Origin: Octopus vulgaris
Taxonomy: Eukaryota
DNA length: 64,000 nucleotides
Assembly (NCBI GenBank): GCA_951406725.2
Contig: OX597816.1
Span: 136,338,001-136,402,000 of the forward strand
Direction of reading: 5' to 3'
The notes under the pieces are model-generated. The model was given only the letters and a program-made list of their open reading frames with translations, ran no database searches and was not told the origin of the DNA. Every line of letters starts with the position of its first letter. Position 1 is the stretch's first letter. Made by a program: the position numbers and the translations under genes. Below, one piece after another: positions 26,064-39,078 of this stretch.

Positions 26064-27590
26064 ATGGGGCAGGCATCTGTGATCTAATTGGACTCTTTCT
26101 CCTAGATACCTTCAGTAAGGCATTCCCTAACGTACATTTCGCCATCTACAAAGATGATGCCCTCGCCTTAACAGCTAATACAAATGGACCAGCACAAGAT
26201 CGTTTTAGGAAGGATATTATCCAGTTAATGAAACACTTCGGACTTAGTATAACTATAGACACTAACCTGACGGTTGTCAATTTCTTAGACGTTTCCTTAG
26301 ATCTTAATAATAATATTTATAAGCCTTATAGGAAGCCCAATGATAGACTAAGTTATATTAATGTAGGTTCATGCCATCCCCCTATAGTATTCAAAAATTT
26401 AGTTAAAAATATTAGTAAGAGGATTTCTAGCCTCTCATCTAATGAGGACATCTTCAATAGCGTTGCCCCAGTTTATAATAAAGCTTTAAAAGATAGTGGT
26501 TTTAGCGAAAAATAAAATATACACCTATCACCAGCCCAACAATAAGGAAAAGGAATAATAGAAATAGGAAGGTCATCTGGTTTACGCCCCTTACTCACCC
26601 GAGGTGGCCTTCAATATAGGTAAATATTTCCTAGCACTGATAGATAGACATTTTCCAGTTAACCATGCTTATAGGAAACTCTTCAATAGACACAATTTAA
26701 AAATTAGTTTTAGTTCAACTACCAATTTTAAAAACATAATCAATCATAACATACAAAAAACACAAGAAGAAAACAGCTGTTCATGCAGGAATAAAGAATT
26801 GTGCCCGCTAAATGGAGCTTGCATGTCCAAGACCATCATATATGAAGCTACCGTAAACTCTATAACCACTAAAGACACCGTTTTGACGAAGAAATACGTG
26901 GGCCTGACAGAGGGTAATTTCAAGGCCAGGTTCAATAACCACACTTTGAGCTTTAGGCACTGGAACAAAAAAAAGCGACACAATTATCCAATCATATTTG
27001 GTCTTTAAGAGATAAAGGTGTCGATTATAACATACAATGGAAGATTTTGGCCAGATGTAAGCCCTATACTAACGGCAGCGGAAGGTGCGGTTTATGCGAC
27101 ATGGAGAGATGGCTTATCTGGAAAAGCAGCTTAGACCCTACCACATGTCTAAATACAAGGACAGAACTTTTCGGATCATGCCCACATGTGACTAAATTTC
27201 TGTTACGTTTTTGGTCCCCTAAAGAAAACGGATAGAACATGCTTTCTGTGTTATGTCCCAAGAAGATTTTATATATTTTTATATATTTTTATATATTTTT
27301 ATGTATTTTTATATAATTTTTATGACGAAAAATGCGAGCGATGTATAAGTACGCAGGCAAAGCAGAGTTATAACAGAGTAATTTCCCTTCATTTTTAACG
27401 GTTTTTTCATAACGTTTTCAAATAGCCAGATAACCGAAGAGATGGTGTTGTGGATTTCCACTTCGGCATCTGAAACTCAGAGTTTTATCTTGACTACCGA
27501 GTAATGTAACATATTGTATAGATAAATTTCCTCTATTTACATAATATTGAGGTCTCTTTCTTTCTTTTGTTATCTTACCGTTTTATCAAT
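26061..27590 (+). mobile_element. Naiad-type Penelope-like element, right arm
   Basis: In frame from 26063: DGAGICDLIGLFLLDTFSKAFPNVHFAIYKDDAL...; same frameshift as the left arm plus two extra 1-nt losses in A-runs (~26510, ~26970). Confidence 0.93.
27429..27489 (+). ncRNA. Hammerhead ribozyme-like motif in Naiad 3' terminus
   Basis: Identical to 1318-1378; predicted cleavage after GUU at ~27484. Confidence 0.65.
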
Positions 27591-28394
27591 ATATGTATAT
27601 ATATATATATACATATATGTATACATATATGTATGTATATATACATATATGTATACATATATGTATGTATATATGCATATATGTATACATATATGTTTGT
27701 ATATATACATATTTGTATACATATATCATCATCATTGTTTAGCGTCCGCTTTCCATGCTAGCATGGGTTGGACATATGTATATATATATATGTATATATA
27801 CATATATATGTGTATATATATGTATTCAATCCAAACACTAACAAGCAAGAGAAAAGAACAATGCGAGGGCATGGAATAAGTACAGTGTTATTGGATGCTT
27901 AGGAAAGGAAAGAAAAGAAAGAGGATTTCATGTTTCGAGCAGAGCTCTTCATCAGAAATATAGAAAAAGTCCATATATATATGTGTGTGTATATGTACAT
28001 ATACACATATATATATGTATATATACATATATCATCATCATCATCATCATCGTTTAACGTCCATTTTCCGTGCTAGCACGGGTTGCACGGTTCAACCAGG
28101 GTCTGGGAAGCCAGGAGGCTGCACCAGGCTCCAGTCTGATCTGGCAGTGTTTCTACAGCTGGATGCCCTTCCTAATGCCAACCACTCTGTGAGTGTAGTG
28201 GGTGCCAGGGGAGTCTGGCAGCAGCCACGATTGGTTAGTGCTTTTAATGTGCCACCAGCACAGAAGCCAGTCAAGGCGGCGCTGGCATTGGCCACGTTCG
28301 GATGGTGCTTTTTATGTGCCACCGGCCTAGAAGCCAGTATATACATATATGTTGTTATACATATATGTTTATATACATATATGTATATATACAT

Positions 28395-28433
<39 letters not shown>

Positions 28434-30870
28434 ATATACAAAATGAGAAAATGGAGAAATATATCTAAATCATTCATCAACTATCAGATAATACGGAATC
28501 ATAATATAATAATAATAAAATCAATTCGATCTAAAATTAATTCTATTTAAAAATATAGTCACTCATCAGGTCTAAAATAATAATAATAAAAAATAATAAT
28601 AGAATAAATATGCTTATCTTAACTTATACTAATTATCAAATAAATATAGAAAATTATGTGTATTAACTATAAATAATCGAAAAACATTTAACAATATTTC
28701 TTAAAATAAAAACATAACTTATCTTATCGAAGGATTTCTGTTTTTGTATGTTATTGATTTTTAGAATTAGGTTTTTATAGTATATGTTTTCTATATGATG
28801 TGAATAACATCTTTCATTATTGAATTGTTTAGTAGAGGTTTTTCTCTAAATTATATATATATACACACACAAACACACATGATAAGCTTCTTTCAATTAC
28901 CATCTATCAAATTCCTCACAAGGCTTTGGTCAGTCAAGGCTATATAAAAGACACCTGCCTATGGTGCCACTTAGTAGGTCTGAACCAGAAAGTCGATGTA
29001 CTTGGGAAGTGAACTTCTTAGCCACACAGCCACACCAGTACCATTCCATTTACATTTACCTGGGGGGAATTACAACCGTGTTTCGTGGTCTGCTACCACA
29101 ACAGCTCTTTTATAGGATCCAGTTAGCTCAAGACATCATCAGGAGGAACCATGTCCGGTTTCAGCCCCTACTCCTCTACCGTTTTAATGTGGCAGGGCCC
29201 CCACTTTCGGAGGTGTCTTCAGCTCTGGTGTTGGGTGCACGTCTTCTTTCCTCTATTCCCTGGCCTCTTGCCTTGTCAAATTTCTCCTTTAAATACCTGC
29301 CGCATAGACTCCAGCAGGCAGCCCCAGCAAGTTGTCACATGACACTGTCTCACCTTAACTGACTAGTGAAGGCGCATAGTGATACGCACGTGAAAAATAT
29401 GTGTAGATACTTCCCACTAGTGCCAAAGAATGAGGACACACTAATATTTAACAGAATTTTACAGTAGTTGGAAATTCAAAAGAAAATATGATGTGTCACA
29501 TGTGTACCTTCACCAATGTCTTGAAAAGGAATTGCAAGAATATTGAACCATGTTACAATATAAACTTAATTCTTTTATTATTATTACTTATGAATGGTGT
29601 AGATGATTTATAATATCATATTTTTCAGATAAGCATAAATTGCAGCTGTTTGAACTGTTATAACACTGGGTGACGCTGTCTAAGCTAAGCCATATTTTGT
29701 AAGTTGACCCACCTTTATCTTCCTTTTGGTCAAAGAACTATTTAGTACTTTTCTTTCCATGTTGTTTGACAATTCATTTGTTGAAATAATCTGCTCTGAA
29801 ATGAATTTTCTGTTATACTAATGTATTAAAAAATATCATATAGTTAACTCTGACATATATACAGTCATTAAATGTTTTAATGGCAATCATAAGCGGAGGT
29901 TTTTGAGAAGATGGAATTAACCAGCTAACTTGCACGTTAAAAATACAGTCTGTAACAATTTTCAAGGATTTTCTCAAGTTGAAAATGTAAATTTTTTTTG
30001 TTCTCTACATTCCGACAATAGAGCTTTGTATTTTTGTTAGAAACCTGCTCCTTCCATACAGGAAGATATCAAGTAATTAGAAATAGAAGAGAACCATACA
30101 TACATACTTACATACAATTTAGTTGTAGTCAACATTATAACATTCTACATTGTGTGGCTGAAAATAATGTCATTCTAAAGGTCATAATTTTTCTTGTGTT
30201 AAACTAGCAATAAATCTCTAACTGTTTTGTTTATTACGCTGTAGCCTCTGCGTCTTCATATCTGACATTTAAGAAAAAGATAATGTATAATTAGATTCTA
30301 GATAATGACAAAATGACCGTATACTGCATGTAAATGACTTAGTTATACTGTAGATAATATCTGATAATGCTAAATACTTCTGCAAATTACCTATAAAATA
30401 TATATAGTCAATCGTTCTGTTAAGTGTACAGTAAATCAACTTGCCTTCAGATTTATTTAAAGAAAGGAAATGCTTTATTTAGTATTTTGAACAGAAATAG
30501 ATATGTGGAGTATTTTGAAGTTTCAGATGATATTTATGAGAACTATAAAATTATTTATACAAATATATTTAAAAGTGATAGTATCTTCAAATGTTTGTTA
30601 TGCTTATGAAAAACATTGCTATATTGGTATATAACATTAATCAGTGAAATATATATTTATATTGATAAAAATGGTAAGACAACAAAAGAATGAAAGAGAC
30701 CTTGATATTATGTAAATAGAGGAATTTATCTGTATATGTAATATGTGACAATTATTTGGTAGCCATGATAAAACTCTGAGTTTCAGATGCCAAGGTGGAA
30801 ATCCACGCCGCCATCTCTTCAGTTAGCTGGCCATCGGAAAAATGCTATGAAAGTATTTTTCCGATGGCCG

Positions 30871-30931
30871 GATAGCTGAAGAGATGGCGGCATGGATTTC
30901 CACCTTGGCATCTGAAACTCGGAGTTTTATC
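30871..30931 (+). ncRNA. Hammerhead ribozyme-like motif with canonical CUGAAGA box
   Basis: GATAG-CTGAAGA-GATG...CATC-T-GAAACTC-G-GAGT-T-TTATC; a sister motif lies at 21598-21658. Confidence 0.68.
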
Positions 30932-30966
30932 ATGGCTACCGAATAATTGTCACATATTACATTTAC

Positions 30967-31021
<55 letters not shown>

Positions 31022-31029
31022 CACTCACA

Positions 31030-32437
31030 CAAGGCGGGTACTGAAAAGATCCTGGTTTTGGGTAAAAGAAAATTCAGGCGGATCAGTTATTTATGAGTTT
31101 ATCAAACATAGTTGGAAAATTGGGAGAATGGCTTCATGACTTTCTGAAGAATAGAAGTCAGGTGGTAGCAGCCAATGGGGCCACTTCCATTAACACACAA
31201 ATAGTGAGCGGTGTTCCGCAGGGCACTGTTTTGGGACCACTACTGTTCATAATGGCCCTCTCAGACATGCCCTCAGCCACGCAGAGAGCCACGATCACAA
31301 GTTATGCAGATGATACAAAAGTTTCACAGGCAATACAGAACCCTGAAGACACTAAGCACCTGCAATGTGAGCTGGACGAAATATACAAGTGGGCTGAAAA
31401 GAATAGCATGCAGTTCAATGCTGAAAAGTTTCAAGCTTTATACTATCAGCATGCAAAACTAAATGCAATACCCAATGAATACACTGGACCCGGAGGAATA
31501 GCAATCCCAGAGGCACAATCAGTGCGTGACCTGGGTATTTACATGAGTGATGACGCAACCTTTCGTGTTCATGTTGCTAAATTGGCAATGAAATGTAGAC
31601 GACTGGCCGGATGGATTCTCAGAACCTTTAGAACAAGAGAACAAGAAACCATGATGGTCCTCTGGAGGACACTTGTCCTAAGCCACTTTGACTATTGCTC
31701 TCAGTTATGGTCACCATCCAGTGTCAAGTTGATCACAGAGCTCGAGGCGATCCAGCGTAGCTACACGAAGAAGATAGCCTCTATGCAGAATGTAAGCTAC
31801 TGGGAAAGACTCAAGAGATTAAAACTATATTCCTTGGAGCGTAGGCGGGAAAGATATGCCATAATATACATCTGGAAGATCCTGGAGGGACATGTCCCAA
31901 ACTTTGGCATCGAGAGTTACACAAATGCCAGAACTGGGCGCCACTGCGTGGTGCCTAGGACTCCAAATTTGCCATCTAGATGTAGGACAAGATACTGTGA
32001 TAGCCTGGGCTTCCGTGGCACACAGCTCTTCAATATCCTCCCGAAGAACCTGAGAGACCTGCATGGGGTGGATGCAGATGTCTTTAAAATGGAACTGGAT
32101 CTCTTCCTGTCAGGTGTCCCAGATGAACCAACTTCACGGCAGGAGGTGCAGATGAGGGCAGCTGCATCGAACTCTCTCATGCACCAAATGGCAGTTGCTA
32201 AAAAGCTTTTGTGAAGTAAAACCAAGTTGCAACACCAAATGGCGGTGCCCCAGCATGGCCACAGCTCATGAGCTGAAACTAGAATCAATCAATCAATCAA
32301 TTCTTCTCTCAGATTCACACACTTATTGCAGCAGTTCTTCAGTTTTTCTAAGCCCTATAAAAGAACTCGGAAGTTTAGACCTCCAACCAGGCCTTTTGTA
32401 ATATCCTTAAAGCCAGAAACTTTTCAATACTACCTTG
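31030..32437 (+). mobile_element. Tc1/mariner-like MITE split by a CR1 insertion (pieces ~31030-31100 and ~32300-32437); uninterrupted relative at ~34124-34315
   Basis: tactgaaaagatcctgg... and ...ccagaaacttttcaatac ends; the two pieces join into the 34124 sequence (ggatcagttaattatgattttactcaacatattcccctctcagattcacac). Confidence 0.7.
31100..32300 (+). mobile_element. Young 5'-truncated CR1-type LINE, RT domain open (ORF 31093-32214)
   Basis: SGVPQGTVLGPLLF, YADD, MQFNAEKF, VRDLGI, HFDYCSQLWSP, LYSLERRRER; (AATC)n tail; the ORF's ATG derives from the host MITE. Confidence 0.93.
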
Positions 32438-32514
32438 TGTGTATAAATATATATATGTATACATATATACATATGAACACACTTATATACACATGCACAC
32501 ATTATATGTGTACA

Positions 32515-32560
<46 letters not shown>

Positions 32561-35157
32561 CACACATACATTCATACATACATACATACACACACACACA
32601 CATACATACACACATGCACACATATACACACAATACTTTTTATCCTTTCAGGTTTGGTTGGGCCTCCAACCAGGCCTTTCACAAAACCCTTAAAGCCAGG
32701 ACGTTTTCAGCACCCACTTGTGTGCGTGTGTGTGTGTACACATGTATTCTCTTTCCCTGTCTCCCCACCCAGAAAACCCAGGCCCCTTCCACAAACTTAT
32801 AGTTACCCCACCACCCTTGTTTTATCAATCTCTCACTCCCCCTCCCATATTCTTGCAGCCTTTAACCCCCACCCTTAGTCTCCCTGTCACTGAATCTCTC
32901 CATCCTTCTCCAATCCACTGTATTAATCTGGTGCTGTAAGTAATGGAATTTGAGCCCATTACTACAAAGCTTTTCATATTACCAATTTTGTACTACCACT
33001 CACTACTCCCTTTTCTCTGAGCTACTCACTGTTGACATCTGTCCATCATTCCTAACATCCCCCCCCACTCGTATTTTCGATCACTTACCCCCACCTTTGT
33101 TCACCATTAACTACATTCACTTCCTATATACATCTGACCACCTCCACTCTATATTTATATCCATCTTTCACTCTTATCTAACACTCTTGCCACCTAACCC
33201 ACCTCTGCTGATTCTCCTACCTCCATGCTCCCTTGTAGTCGTCTTATACATATCTCCTTGCCTTCATATTCTGGTACCATGTCACCCCCACATTTATCTC
33301 CCTTTGTGGCACATCTCAAGCCATGCCATTCACCCATGTTAAAATGTGAAGTATCCACGAATTTCTTCTACTGTAAATTTACCTCTACTTTTATCCTATA
33401 TTAACATCTGAACACCTTGTGTAAGCAACTACTGTATCTCCTATTCCTCCTCTCTGTTGGGGATCTTAAGTCATGCAAGTTACAAGGCAGCCTTGCTAGT
33501 ACTGGTATCATAGGAAAAGCACCTAGTACACTCTGTAAGGTGGTTGGTGTTGAGAAGAGTTTCTTATTGTAGAAATCTTGCCAAAACTAAGACTGGAGAG
33601 AGACATGGTCCTAGGATCTATTGGATCCTGTTTTACTGTCCAGAATGGAAAACAGATGTAAAAATGAATATAATACTCTTTTTACTCTTTTACTTGTTTC
33701 AGTCATTTGACTGCGGCCATGCTGGAGCACCGCCTTTAGTCGAGCAAATCGACTCTGGGACTTAGTCTTTGTAAGCCCAGTACTTATTCTATCGGTCTCT
33801 TTTGCCGAACCGCTAAGTGACGGGGACGTAAACACACCAGCATCGGTTGTCAAGCAATGCTAGGGGGACAAACACAGACACACAAACACACACACACACA
33901 CACATATATATATACATATATATGACAGGCTTCTTTCAGTTTCTGTCTACCAAATCCACTCACAAGGCATTGGTCGGCCCGGGGCTATAGCAGAAGACAC
34001 TTGCCCAAGATGCCACGCAGTGGGACTGAACCCAGAACCATGTGGTTGGTTAGCAAGCTACTTACCACACAACCACTCATATATATATATATACACACAC
34101 ACACACATACACACACACACACATACGATGGGCGCTGAAAAGTTCCTAGCTTGAGTAAAAGAAAATACTGGAGGATCAGTTAATTATGATTTTACTCAAC
34201 ATATTCCCCTCTCAGATTCACACTCTTATTGCAGCAGTCCTTCGGTTTTTCTAAGCCCTGTAAAAGAAATAGGAAGGTTGGGCCTCTAACCAGGCCTTTC
34301 ACAATTCCCTTAAAGTGTATGTGTTTGTAAATTTGCAGTCTGTGTCCCTCCACCCAAAACAAATCATAACAGGTTGTAATAAGTAAGCTGTAAAGGTGAA
34401 AGACGAAAAAAGGTAAGGTAAGAAAGGAGTGTGACAGAGAAAAAAAAAAAGAGGAAGCAAATGGGGAAGGGTTGGAGGGCAATAAAAAGAATGGATGAGA
34501 GAGACAGACAGACTGAGTAAGTGAAAAAATTAGTGGGTGGTCATCAGATTACATTTACATCTCATTTACATATGTGTACTCTACTATATATATCTATCAA
34601 AAGATTACACACCACATGCAAACATAGATAAGATTCTATAAACATGTGAACATATACTGTCTGTGCACACTCATCTATCAATAGATTGTCCACAATACAC
34701 ACTTATACAGACAAAATATTTATGTACATTAGAGGCAGACATGGTAAGAAGCTTGCTTCCCAACCATATGGTTCACAGTTTAACCACACTGCTTGGCACC
34801 TTGGGCAAGTGTCTTCTACAATAGCCTTGGGACAACCGAAGCCTTGTGAGTGGATTGGATTTGGTAGATGAAAACTGAAAGAAGCCCAACGTATATATAT
34901 ATATATAACAATTGCAGTGTGGAAGGTGTTTATAAGCCATTTAAGAAACACACAAAACTGTTAGATTCACTTCAACATTTAAATTTAATTTGTCAAAATA
35001 TTTCCGTCGCTTTGAGACCGCAACCTGTTCACTGACAAAGCGTTGTGCTGCACAAAGGTCGCGGTCTTCCATGCTGCAATTGTTTTCATTCTAGCACATG
35101 ATCTCAGATCAAGTCACTCGTTTTGCAAGTACATCTTCGTAATATATATATATATAT

Positions 35158-35570
35158 AAGAAAAATAAGAAAATAGAGATAAATGAATTAATAATTATAT
35201 TTATTCATTTCAACAATAGACATAATCTCTGACAATTGTTTGATTCAAACTTTAGAAATTAATTAAAATAATTAAATCATTAGAAAGTTGAATCTCGTCG
35301 GAGGTAGAAAAACAATATACCATTACATTATATTTCTATGTGTTAAGTGTACGGAGCATACCACTGCTCCGTACACTTAACACTTAAAAAATATAAAAAT
35401 GTAATAGTATATCTTTTTCTACTTCCAACGAGGTTCAACTTTATAATGATTTAATTATTTTGATTAATTTCTAAAGTTTGAATTGAAACAACTGTCAGAG
35501 ATTATGCCTATTTTTGTAATTAATAAATATAATTATTAATTGATTTATCTCTATTTTCTTAATTTTCTTA
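35158..35570. mobile_element. Fold-back palindrome of another hammerhead-bearing (Penelope-type) terminus
   Basis: Perfect core gtgttaagtgtacggagca-taccac-tgctccgtacacttaacac; the arm consensus gives CCGACGA-GATTCAA...TTGAATC-GAAAC-AATT-GTC; TA flanks. Confidence 0.8.
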
Positions 35571-35711
35571 AATAGATATCAACCTTGGTTTATTTAATTA
35601 CTTTATTTTTTAATATTAAATCTAATATTCAAAATAAATAATAGGTAATAAACCTGTAAATTCATTGGATATTATTATCCCTTAACGAGGTATTTAACCT
35701 TTAATTGAACT

Positions 35712-35762
<51 letters not shown>

Positions 35763-36442
35763 AATGTGACCGACCAAATGTTGTTACACATTGTTGGTCA
35801 CAATGTGCTTTTGGATTGTTTTAGCCTTCAAATAACATCACCCGTCTCGCTAGGCAACCAGGCCAACATTCCCCACTGATCGAAAGAAGGAGTGGAGCAA
35901 TGTGAAATGAAGCATGTTTGCTCAAGAACACTGCCCAGTCAGGGAATCGAACCCATGATCTAGCAGTCATGATTGCAACTGCATGGCCTCTAGGCCATGC
36001 ACCCTACATGTGTGTGTGTCTGTGTGTGTTCATCAGCCTACCACACTAGACAATTGATGTTTATCTCCCCATAACTTAGCAGTTCAACAAAAGAAACTGA
36101 TAGAATAAGTACTAGGCTTAAAAAAATAAGCCCTGGAGTCAATTCGTTCGGCTAAAACTCTTCAAGGCAGTGCCCCAGCATGGCCACAGTCAAATGACTG
36201 AAACAAGTAAATGGTAAATGGTAGATATATATATACACATGCAAGCATGGCTACAGTATAATGGCCGAAACAAGTAAAGGATAAAAGATGTCTGACACAT
36301 TTTTTTTTTATAAAAAGCTCTTATTGCATAAATCCATCTATATTTTGTTTTTTCAATCAAAGTGACAATTTTTTAGAAGCACAGTTATTTGACAGTAAAC
36401 TCTGATTTATATTGTGTGCATGTATATATGTGTGTGTGTGTG

Positions 36443-36504
<62 letters not shown>

Positions 36505-37152
36505 CACACACATCATCACAGGTAAATCATAATACACCTTCAACACTCATATTAGTTCAGATTATTTTGTATATAATTGAGAATATTTATAATTTTTTAT
36601 GTATTTTATGTCACCAACGTATACAAAGAAAATTTTATTGCTGTTTTCCACAATACCTGGAATTTCACATGCATGTGTATATGTGTGTGTGTGTGAATGT
36701 TGAATGTGTGTATGTGTGTGTGTGAATGTTGAATGTGTGTGTGTGTGCACGCACACACATGATGTTTTTTGGCAGGTGTTACTAGTTGTAATTAGACTTT
36801 TGAAACAATTAGTCTACTTTAACTCTGTTGAACTTTGAACTTTTTCTTTTCTTTTGACATACATCTAAAAAAATACGTATGCACATACCAAAGAGACACT
36901 CAAATAAACATAAAGACATACTCATTCACAACAAAGCTTGTCATTATCCTTATTAGCTTCTTTCTTAGACATTCTTATTTAACTCTGTTACATCAGCCAT
37001 GCTGAGTTCTTTACTTTATGATCTAATGAGTAACAAGCTTGCTGTTCTGTATCTTGATGAAATGAAGTCTCCCCAATTTTCCTAAAACACTCAATTACTT
37101 TTATAAACAAACTGCAATGATTTGATAGGCAGTGCTGAGTTTTACAAATTTG

Positions 37153-37453
37153 TAAATAATAACAATAATATTTTATAAGCTTACAGCTTATAAACAATCA
37201 CCATGCATTGACCAAGGTAAATAGTCTAATATTTGGGCATATAAGCCCTTGATGGAAAAAAGTGGGTTTATCAAACACACGGGACTCACACCCACACCTC
37301 TGTTTTCAAGTGTGCTACGATTACACCAGAAAACCTACTTTTTTTTTTTCATTGAGGGCTTATATGCCCCAATATTAGACTAGTGTCTTTAGTTAATACA
37401 CAGTGATTGCTTATAAGCTTTAAGCTTATAAAACTTAATTGTTTATTGTTTAC
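37153..37453. repeat. Degenerate fold-back palindrome
   Basis: ttataagcttacagcttataa...tagtctaatatttgggcatataagccct mirrored by agggcttatatgccccaatattagacta...ttataagctttaagcttataa. Confidence 0.75.
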
Positions 37454-38794
37454 TCATCTCCTTGTGATCCCATACATTTTCTATAGGGTTCAAGTCAGAA
37501 GATGATCCTGGCCATTTAGTGTAATATAATTGGTTCTATGCCAGTATTGTATGCATGTTATTGAATGGTGGTTGCCCAAGTAGGTTTTTATAGTTATGCA
37601 CATAGCCTAGTGGCTAGAGTGGTGCATTCATGATCACAAGACTGTGGTTTCAATTTTCGGACCAGGTGGCGTGTTGTGTTTTTGAGAAAATCACTTCATT
37701 TCTCATTACTCTAGCCCACTCAGCTGTAAATGAGTAAACCCTGTGACATACTGGCATCCCATTCAGTGAGGAATGTTGTGATCCTGGTCACTTACATACC
37801 ACAGAAACCAGGTAACCAGCCATATTAGTTTTAAGACTCAAGACTACTTACTTTACTTGAGGTATTATCAAAAACCAACTCTTCTCTTTTCAGAAATGTT
37901 CCTCCTCATTTCATATGGATGGGCATTGCTTGATTCTTACAAGTGCTTACTCAAGATTGATGAGTGACAAACAAGTGCTTACTCGAGATTGATGAGTGAC
38001 AAACAAAAGGATCATTAAATGTAATGGACATATGAATATTTGGTCATTAAACATAACTTTAAAGCAGCCCTCCTCAGTTCAAATTTTTAAGATTCCAGCA
38101 AATTTGCAGATGGTCACAGATAGTTTTCTTTATCTTTTATTTGTTTCAGTCATTAGACTGTGGTCATGCTGGGGCATTGCCTTGAAAAATTTTTACTCAA
38201 ATGAATCAACCCCAAGGCTTAATTTTTTTAAAGGCTGGTTTTTTTTCTATTGGTGTCATTTGCCGAACCACTAAGTTATTGGGACATAAACACACCAGCA
38301 CTGGTTGTCAAGTGGTGGTGGGGAACTGACACACACATATATATGTATGTATGTATTCATACAATGGGTTTCTTTCAGTTTCCGTTTACCAAATCCACTC
38401 ACAAGGCTTTGGTTGGCCTGAGGCTATAGTAGAAGACACTTGCTTAAAGTGTCACATAGTGGGACTGAACCTGGAACCATGTGGTTGAGAAGCAAACTTC
38501 TTACCACACAGCTACACCTAGACTTTAACTTTACTATGTTTATATGAACTGCTAACTATAAATGGGCACAGCAACACATAGATAATGAATCATATAATCA
38601 GTTTGATGAGTGGTGGCACAAGATCATCTACTTCACGATATATATTCACTTCACTGATGTTATAAAGTCAAAGTTTTTTGGACAATACTGGCAAATACTT
38701 AGTTGATATCTTATTTGACATCAGTCAAATAAAGTAATAATTTTAACCCCCAATGTTTTTGTGAGATTACAAATAAGCTAAATAATGAAATATA

Positions 38795-39022
38795 TTAACC
38801 CTTTAATGTTCAGATTACTCTGTTAAATGTAATGCATATTTATTCACATTGTTTTGAATTGACCATGCATTATCTTGTAGCTTCAAGATTTTGATGATGT
38901 GACTGCTTATTTTTAGAATTACACTGTAGGATAGGTGTGAGAGGCTGGATCTGGCCAGCTTGAACATAAACTAGGTAGAATATTTGGGTTGGATATGGCC
39001 AGTTTAAATGCTAAAGGGTTAA
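38795..39022. mobile_element. TTAA-CCC-ended (piggyBac-like) MITE; relatives at ~47870-48250, 56228-56450, 63188-63410
   Basis: ttaaccctttaatg ... aatgctaaagggttaa. Confidence 0.7.
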
Positions 39023-39078
39023 AAACAATTTTACATTAATCTGATGGGTTACTCTATATTTTTGTAAAGTATAAATTT

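Larger units (their letters stand above)
21469..30970. repeat. ~9.5 kb inverted duplication (palindrome) centred at 26064-26073
   Basis: 21469-24392 mirrors 28030-30953 and 24545-26063 mirrors 26074-27590; the ORF track shows the same peptides on opposite strands; both outer ends abut (TA)n. Confidence 0.95.

Noticed and set aside
24900-27235. Selenocysteine recoding, reported for some Naiad elements
   Set aside because: The Cys codons I checked in the CxC-x5-C-x5-C linker and CxxC knuckle are TGT/TGC; ORF breaks are frameshifts, not in-frame TGA.
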